Below, one piece after another: positions 54,773-59,820 of a stretch of DNA of 59,820 nucleotides. The position numbers were made by a program, and so were the translations under genes. The stretch is taken from contig JAZOOX010000045.1 of assembly GCA_045655245.1 (NCBI GenBank), forward strand, positions 1 to 59,820, read 5' to 3'. Origin of the DNA: Clostridia bacterium (GTDB taxonomy: Bacteria > Bacillota > Clostridia > RGIG8785). The stretch's first letter is position 1. Every line of letters starts with the position of its first letter. The notes beneath the pieces were generated by a model, which had not been told where the DNA came from, did no database searches, and saw nothing but the letters and a program-made list of their open reading frames with translations.

Positions 54773-56188
54773 ATGAAAAAAACGCTTGTCTTCTTTTCCT
54801 TGATCCTAACATTAACTGTTCTGTATACATACTCTGTTTCCGCAACCGAGAAAGTAAACGTCGGCTTGTTTTACGGTGATAGTGCATTGGAATCGCTTAG
54901 CGTTTCGGGCGAAGAACTTTCGTTCAGCATTCCGCAAATTCCAGAATCTTCCCACTATATGCTAACGGCTGAAACTGCCGGAACGGTCTTTGCTTCCTAT
55001 CTATCGGACGAAGATGCCGAAGAACACTTTCCGGTAATGGTGAACAGCGCAGGCACGTATAAACTTGTTGACGAAAGCCAATTTACCCTGACCATCCCGT
55101 TGACGAATTCCGCTATTCGTGTTAGCATTGACGGCCAGACCGTTGCCGTATTCGACTTGCCCGACGGGGTAGGGGTGCAGGATTTTTCCGATTATCGCAT
55201 ATTACTGAACGGCAAAGAATACGACGGAAAGCTTTTGGTTCGCCGCGAAACAGGTGATTCACTTTCCGTCATCAACCGTTTGGACATCGAACCCTATCTT
55301 TGCGGCGTTCTGCCCTATGAAATGAGCAGTGGCTGGCCATTAGAGGCCTTGAAAGCGCAGGCAGTTGCGGCGCGGAACTATGTGGTAAACAATTTAAATA
55401 AGCATAAGTTAAACGGCTTTGACTTGTGCAACACCACCCACTGTCAGGTTTATCGCGGGGTTGCCGGACATGCCGATGATTGCACCCGTGCCGTAAAAGA
55501 AACCGCTGGCGTTTATCTGTATTACAACGGGAAACCCGCTCAGACCTTTTATTTTTCAAGCAGCGGAGGACGTACGGAGAACGTCAAGGATGTATGGGGA
55601 TCTTCGTTTCCTTATCTGGTAAGCGTAGAAGACACCTATGAAAAAACCGAAGAAATTCCTTCTGCCACATGGAATTACAAAACCACTTTCGAAAAGTTGA
55701 GCAGTCAACTCAGCAATTACGATGTTGGTATGGTAAAAGACGTTGCTGTCACATCCACAACCGACGGAGAACGCGTCAAGACTTTACGGATTATCGGCAC
55801 TTCCAAAACAATTGATTTAAAAGCGACTGAATTCAGAACTTTAGTCGGCAATTCGCTCATTAAAGGAACCTATTTTACCATCGAAAAAAGCGGTGGTGAA
55901 CCCTATCACGTTCTTTCGGCCAATACGACCCAAAAAGGAAGCGAGAGAATTGCCGTCATGGGAGAAGACGGCATTATAAAAAGCATAACCGTTTCGGCGA
56001 TGTTAGGAAAAAACGGTGTCAAACAATTTTCACCTAATTACACCGAATTGACTTTCAAAGGCAGAGGCTACGGTCACGGCGTCGGAATGAGCCAATGGGG
56101 CGCGAGGGGAATGGCTGAAGCAGGATTTACGTATGACCAGATTTTGACCCATTATTTTACCGGAACGGAAATACATACCGAGGAGTAG
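54773..56188 (+). CDS. SpoIID/LytB-domain protein
   Basis: Signal peptide and SpoIID motifs [44 protein letters not shown] and [11 protein letters not shown]. Confidence 0.88.
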   Translation: MKKTLVFFSLILTLTVLYTYSVSATEKVNVGLFYGDSALESLSVSGEELSFSIPQIPESSHYMLTAETAGTVFASYLSDEDAEEHFPVMVNSAGTYKLVDESQFTLTIPLTNSAIRVSIDGQTVAVFDLPDGVGVQDFSDYRILLNGKEYDGKLLVRRETGDSLSVINRLDIEPYLCGVLPYEMSSGWPLEALKAQAVAARNYVVNNLNKHKLNGFDLCNTTHCQVYRGVAGHADDCTRAVKETAGVYLYYNGKPAQTFYFSSSGGRTENVKDVWGSSFPYLVSVEDTYEKTEEIPSATWNYKTTFEKLSSQLSNYDVGMVKDVAVTSTTDGERVKTLRIIGTSKTIDLKATEFRTLVGNSLIKGTYFTIEKSGGEPYHVLSANTTQKGSERIAVMGEDGIIKSITVSAMLGKNGVKQFSPNYTELTFKGRGYGHGVGMSQWGARGMAEAGFTYDQILTHYFTGTEIHTEE

Positions 56189-56193
56189 ACAGA

Positions 56194-57240
56194 ATGGAAT
56201 TAAACGAGTTTTACTATAATTTACCGCAAGAATTGATTGCACAACACCCCCTTGCAGACAGAAGCAGTTCCAAGCTGCTTCATCTCGATAGTCAGACGGG
56301 CGAAACCGCCCACCGACATTTTAGCGACTTATTGGACTACATCCAGCCCAACGACTGTCTTGTTATCAACAATACGCGTGTTATCCCCGCACGGTTATAC
56401 GGACAAAGAGAGGATACGGGCAGTCCGATCGAATTCGTATTATTGCATCGTAGTGGAGCGCTTTGGGAGGTTATCTTAAAGCCCGGCAAACGCGCTAAAA
56501 TCGGAAAGCGTTTCACTTTCGGCGACGGACTGTTAAAGGCTGAAGTGGTTGATATCGTAAACGAAGGAAACCGATTGGTGCGCTTTGAATACGACGGTGT
56601 ATTTGAAGAGATTTTAGACCGTCTCGGTGAAGTTCCTTTACCGCCCTATATCACCGAAAAATTAGATGATGCCGAACGTTATCAGACGGTTTATGCAAAG
56701 CATTCCGGTTCTGCTGCGGCTCCTACTGCAGGTCTACATTTTACACCCGAACTTTTAGACGCAATTGAGAAAAAAGGCGCCGCCATTGCTCCAGTGACCC
56801 TTCACGTCGGTTTAGGAACCTTTAGACCCGTGAAAGTCGACCGTATCGAAGACCACAAAATGCACGAGGAATTTTATGTCTTGCCACAGGAGAGTGCCGA
56901 TAAGATCAACGCCTGTAAAGAAAAAGGCGGACGGATAATTGCCGTGGGCACCACAAGCGTCCGTACACTCGAAACGGTTGCGACTGTAGACGGGAAAGTG
57001 ACCGAATCTTCGGGCTGGACGGGGATTTTTATCTACCCCGGTTATCGATACAAGATCGTTGATGCCATCGTCACCAATTTTCACCTGCCTTGTTCCACAC
57101 TATTAATGCTCATCAGCGCATTTGCAACGAAAGAATATGTCTTTAAAGCATATGAAGAAGCCATTGAGCAAAGCTATCGGTTCTTTAGTTTTGGAGACGC
57201 CATGTTCATCGAAGGAGGTCAAAATGTTCAAAATACATAA
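56194..57240 (+). CDS. queA: S-adenosylmethionine:tRNA ribosyltransferase-isomerase
   Basis: [38 protein letters not shown] and [10 protein letters not shown]. Confidence 0.95.
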   Translation: MELNEFYYNLPQELIAQHPLADRSSSKLLHLDSQTGETAHRHFSDLLDYIQPNDCLVINNTRVIPARLYGQREDTGSPIEFVLLHRSGALWEVILKPGKRAKIGKRFTFGDGLLKAEVVDIVNEGNRLVRFEYDGVFEEILDRLGEVPLPPYITEKLDDAERYQTVYAKHSGSAAAPTAGLHFTPELLDAIEKKGAAIAPVTLHVGLGTFRPVKVDRIEDHKMHEEFYVLPQESADKINACKEKGGRIIAVGTTSVRTLETVATVDGKVTESSGWTGIFIYPGYRYKIVDAIVTNFHLPCSTLLMLISAFATKEYVFKAYEEAIEQSYRFFSFGDAMFIEGGQNVQNT

Positions 57241-58354
57241 AACAAACGGTGGAGCAAGATTAGGAACTTTCCACACCGTTCACGGAGACATCCAAACTCC
57301 CGTCTTTATGAATGTGGGTACCGCCGCCGCCATCAAAGGTGGTGTTTCGGCGCCCGACTTAGTTGATTTGGGTTGCCAAGTTGAACTGTCAAACACCTAT
57401 CATTTACATTTGCGTCCTGGAGACGAGGTAATCAAAAAGATGGGTGGTTTGCATCGCTTTATGAACTGGGACCGGCCGATTTTAACCGACAGCGGCGGCT
57501 TCCAGGTCTTTTCCCTTGCTTCGCTTAGAAAAATCACCGAAGAAGGTGTAAGTTTCGCATCTCACATTGACGGCAGAAGAATCTTTATGGGTCCCGAGGA
57601 AAGCATGCGCATCCAATCCAACCTAGGCTCAACCATTGCAATGGCTTTTGATGAGTGTGTCGAAAATCCTGCAGGATACGACTATTCCAAGGCGTCCTGC
57701 GAACGTACTACCCGTTGGCTGGAGCGATGCAAAATTGCACTCGAAAAATATAATAACGAGGAAGGCTGTGTCAATCCCCACCAACTGCTTTTCGGTATCA
57801 ATCAGGGATGTACCTTTGACGATTTGCGTGTCGAACATATGAAACGGATTTCGGAACTGGATTTACCGGGGTATGCCGTCGGCGGTCTTGCAGTAGGGGA
57901 GCCGACCGAGGTGATGTATCATATCCTCGATGTTTTACATCCTTACTATCCCGAAGGAAAGCCACGCTATCTGATGGGCGTCGGTACCCCTTCCAATATC
58001 ATCGAAGCGGTGGCACGCGGCATCGACTTTTTCGACTGTGTAATGCCCAGCAGAAATGCGCGGCACGGAAATTTGTTTACCGAAGATGGCATCATCAACC
58101 TATTCAATGCAAAGTACGAGACGGACGATTCACCCATCGATCCGACCTGTCAATGCCCAACCTGCCGTAATCACAGCAGGGCCTATTTGCGACATTTGCT
58201 AAAAGCGAAAGAATTACTTGCTCTCCGCCTTTGCGTTATGCATAACCTTTACTTCTATAATCATTTAATGGAAGAAATCCGCAAAGCTATCCTGGAAGAC
58301 CGGTTTGACGCATTCCGTCGGGAAAAATCTGAAAAGTACGCAAGGAGAATATAA
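57224..58354 (+). CDS. tgt: Queuine tRNA-ribosyltransferase
   Basis: [27 protein letters not shown], and the zinc site CxCxxC...H ([16 protein letters not shown]). The ATG at 57224 follows RBS gaaggagg and overlaps the end of queA. Confidence 0.95.
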   Translation: MFKIHKTNGGARLGTFHTVHGDIQTPVFMNVGTAAAIKGGVSAPDLVDLGCQVELSNTYHLHLRPGDEVIKKMGGLHRFMNWDRPILTDSGGFQVFSLASLRKITEEGVSFASHIDGRRIFMGPEESMRIQSNLGSTIAMAFDECVENPAGYDYSKASCERTTRWLERCKIALEKYNNEEGCVNPHQLLFGINQGCTFDDLRVEHMKRISELDLPGYAVGGLAVGEPTEVMYHILDVLHPYYPEGKPRYLMGVGTPSNIIEAVARGIDFFDCVMPSRNARHGNLFTEDGIINLFNAKYETDDSPIDPTCQCPTCRNHSRAYLRHLLKAKELLALRLCVMHNLYFYNHLMEEIRKAILEDRFDAFRREKSEKYARRI

Positions 58355-58794
58355 TGTACTTCACGTTACTGGAAAAGAGGTTACGAGGGAAGGCTCCGTT
58401 CCACCAAAAAGTTTTGCACTTCCAATACGAAATCCCTCTCTCAAACCTTAAAAAAGCGTTCTATGATGTTACTTCTTCAAAAGGGTCTCTGTTTCAATGC
58501 AACGATACACTGGAGGAAACACCGATAAAAACGGTTGATAAAATCCCGTTTTCCGAAGAGGTATTTCAACAAAACGGGGTTGTGTGCGGCATATTCGACG
58601 AATACGAATCGTTTTATATCAGACTTGTGATTGACCCTGCCGAGAATGCAAATAGCAACGAAGAAGTGTGTGGGAACTTTTATTTATTTGCCAGCGACGA
58701 AATGATCTATGAAATCGGAAAGCATCTAGGGTGTACTTATGGTCAACTGGTGCTCGAGAGCACAGCAGATCATTTTGCTCTTTTGGCAGACTAA
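58354..58794 (+). CDS. Hypothetical protein (146 aa)
   Basis: TAATG overlap with the tgt stop. No domain recognised. Confidence 0.5.
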   Translation: MYFTLLEKRLRGKAPFHQKVLHFQYEIPLSNLKKAFYDVTSSKGSLFQCNDTLEETPIKTVDKIPFSEEVFQQNGVVCGIFDEYESFYIRLVIDPAENANSNEEVCGNFYLFASDEMIYEIGKHLGCTYGQLVLESTADHFALLAD

Positions 58795-58807
58795 ACCAGG
58801 AGGAACT

Positions 58808-59260
58808 ATGAAACACGTTGATTTATATACCGACGGTGCCTGCTCGGGAAACCCCGGCCCCGGGGGGTATGGGATTATTTTGTCTTACAACGGAAAGGAA
58901 AAGGAACTGTCAGAAGGGTTTTCAGAAACCACGAACAACAGAATGGAAATTTTGGCAGTAATTAATGGGTTAAAGGCATTAAAAGAACCCTGCGAGGTGA
59001 CCGTTTACAGTGATTCCAAATATGTTGTTGATGCCATTAACAAAAATTGGCTCTATACATGGGAAGCAAACGACTGGAGACGGTCAAACAAGGAACCGGT
59101 GCTGAACCCCGAACTTTGGATGGAGCTTCTTGTTTTGATGGAAGAACACGATGTTTCGTTCGTTTGGGTAAAGGGGCACAACGAGCACCCGCAGAACGAA
59201 AGATGCGATCGTTTAGCCGTTGCGGCTGCCCAAAAAGCAAAGAAAGAATTGGGAAATTAG
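58808..59260 (+). CDS. rnhA: Ribonuclease HI
   Basis: [32 protein letters not shown] and the WVKGH...NERCDRLA catalytic DEDD context. The ATG at 58808 follows RBS aggagga. Confidence 0.92.
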   Translation: MKHVDLYTDGACSGNPGPGGYGIILSYNGKEKELSEGFSETTNNRMEILAVINGLKALKEPCEVTVYSDSKYVVDAINKNWLYTWEANDWRRSNKEPVLNPELWMELLVLMEEHDVSFVWVKGHNEHPQNERCDRLAVAAAQKAKKELGN

Positions 59261-59298
59261 GTGCCTGAAAAAATTTTTGAAAAAAATGAAAAAAGTTA

Positions 59299-59327
59299 TT
59301 GACAAGGCAGACCTTTTTATGTATAAT
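59299..59327 (+). promoter_or_regulatory. SigmaA-type promoter of the tRNA Val-Asp-Phe-Gly(-Cys) cluster
   Basis: TTGACA (59299..59304), a 17 nt spacer, then TATAAT (59322..59327). Confidence 0.7.
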
Positions 59328-59350
59328 AGGTTCTGTCGTCAGGACGCCGT

Positions 59351-59426
59351 GGGCGCATAGCTCAGCTGGGAGAGCATCTGCCTTACAAGCAGAGGGTCAT
59401 AGGTTCGAGCCCTATTGTGCCCACCA
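59351..59426 (+). tRNA. tRNA-Val (anticodon TAC)
   Basis: Acceptor GGGCGCA/TGTGCCC, anticodon stem TCTGC/GCAGA, loop CTTACAA, discriminator A, encoded CCA. Confidence 0.92.
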
Positions 59427-59429
59427 CAC

Positions 59430-59506
59430 GGCCCGGTAGTTCAGTTGGTTAGAACGCTAGCCTGTCACGCTAGAGGTCGAGAGTTCGAGTCTCTTCCGGG
59501 TCGCCA
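59430..59506 (+). tRNA. tRNA-Asp (anticodon GTC), second identical copy
   Basis: Sequence identical to 47261..47337. Confidence 0.92.
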
Positions 59507-59510
59507 ATAT

Positions 59511-59586
59511 GCCTCTGTAGCTCAGTCGGTAGAGCAGGGGACTGAAAATCCCCGTGTCGGTGGTTCGATTCCGCCCGGAGGCACCA
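59511..59586 (+). tRNA. tRNA-Phe (anticodon GAA)
   Basis: Anticodon stem GGGGA/TCCCC, loop CTGAAAA, T-loop GGTTCGATTCC, encoded CCA. Confidence 0.92.
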
Positions 59587-59601
59587 CTATTAAGTTTTTA
59601 T

Positions 59602-59676
59602 GCGGGAGTGGCTCAGTGGTAGAGCGTCACCTTGCCAAGGTGAACGTCGCGAGTTCGAATCTCGTCTTCCGCTCCA
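59602..59676 (+). tRNA. tRNA-Gly (anticodon GCC)
   Basis: Anticodon stem TCACC/GGTGA, loop TTGCCAA, T-loop GTTCGAATC, encoded CCA. Confidence 0.92.
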
Positions 59677-59713
59677 AACAAAAGGCGTATATATATTACG
59701 CCTTTTCATATAT

Positions 59714-59787
59714 GGCGCCATAGCCAAGTGGTAAGGCAGAGGTCTGCAACACCTTTATCCCCAGTTCAAATCTGGGTGGCGCCTCCA
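59714..59787 (+). tRNA. tRNA-Cys (anticodon GCA)
   Basis: Acceptor GGCGCCA/TGGCGCC, anticodon stem GAGGT/ACCTT, loop CTGCAAC, discriminator T, encoded CCA. A hairpin aaaaggcgta/tacgcctttt at 59682..59707 precedes it. Confidence 0.9.
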
Positions 59788-59820
59788 AAAATAAAAGCAC
59801 TCATATTGAGTGCTTTTATT
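59788..59820 (+). terminator. Terminator after tRNA-Cys, reaching the window edge
   Basis: aaaagcactc-atat-tgagtgctttt hairpin. Confidence 0.7.

Noticed and set aside
57122-57223. A 34-codon N-terminal extension of tgt. Similar extensions occur on asd (54436..54453), dapA (53417..53449), aspartate kinase (26715..26747), parE-like (36102..36164), the U32 gene (44632..44664) and rnhA (58739..58807).
   Set aside because: In each case an internal ATG sits at canonical spacing from a strong GGAGG-type RBS. That ATG also matches the conserved N-terminus of the family, and the extension overlaps the upstream gene or leader.
59415-59723. A 102-aa plus-strand ORF.
   Set aside because: It reads straight through four tRNA genes (Asp, Phe, Gly and the start of Cys) and is an artefact of stop-free tRNA sequence.

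Overview
This 59.8 kb window looks like mostly core chromosome from a spore-forming, Clostridia-type Firmicute. Supporting genes are SpoIID- and GerMN-family proteins, an orphan histidine kinase, PFOR, and a T-box and an L-box leader.

Gene content:
- **Left half (+ strand), housekeeping:** cdaR-like (cut by the window edge), ptsH, uvrC, pgsA, polA, coaE, an SLT transglycosylase, an M18 aminopeptidase, miaB, a ylbF-like gene, mutS, mutL, miaA, an HlyD-like gene, yggS, and smpB followed by tmRNA.
- **Further right:** cca, aspartate kinase, a WalRK-like two-component pair, a ParE/ParC-like type IIA topoisomerase pair, PFOR (nifJ-type), a DUF3343 gene with a cysteine desulfurase, trmR with a U32 peptidase, GDPD, punA, a lysine-riboswitch-controlled asd-dapA-dapB operon, a spoIID-like gene, queA, tgt and rnhA.
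- **RNA genes:** nine tRNAs in three clusters (Arg-CCT; Asp-Thr-Lys; Val-Asp-Phe-Gly-Cys).

Most notable non-core signals:
1. A canonical T-box leader, with a probable Val GUA specifier, sits in front of a single ORF that fuses an XRE-HTH and cupin module to a medium-chain acyl-CoA synthetase.
2. A 29-bp direct repeat of the tRNA-Lys 3' end brackets a ~2.8 kb integrase-less islet. The islet encodes three zinc-ribbon membrane proteins of unknown function.
3. Four Spo0A-box heptamers (three exact TGTCGAA plus one CATCGAA) lie within 50 bp of a sigmaA-type promoter. The three upstream boxes are phased 10 bp apart.
4. A three-gene accessory block (unknown protein, VanW, P-loop protein) lies directly after the tmRNA gene.
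5. A PBP5-like carboxypeptidase homolog has all three catalytic motifs substituted.

I saw no CRISPR array, transposase, integrase or rRNA. All family assignments come from reading motifs by eye. No database search was run.
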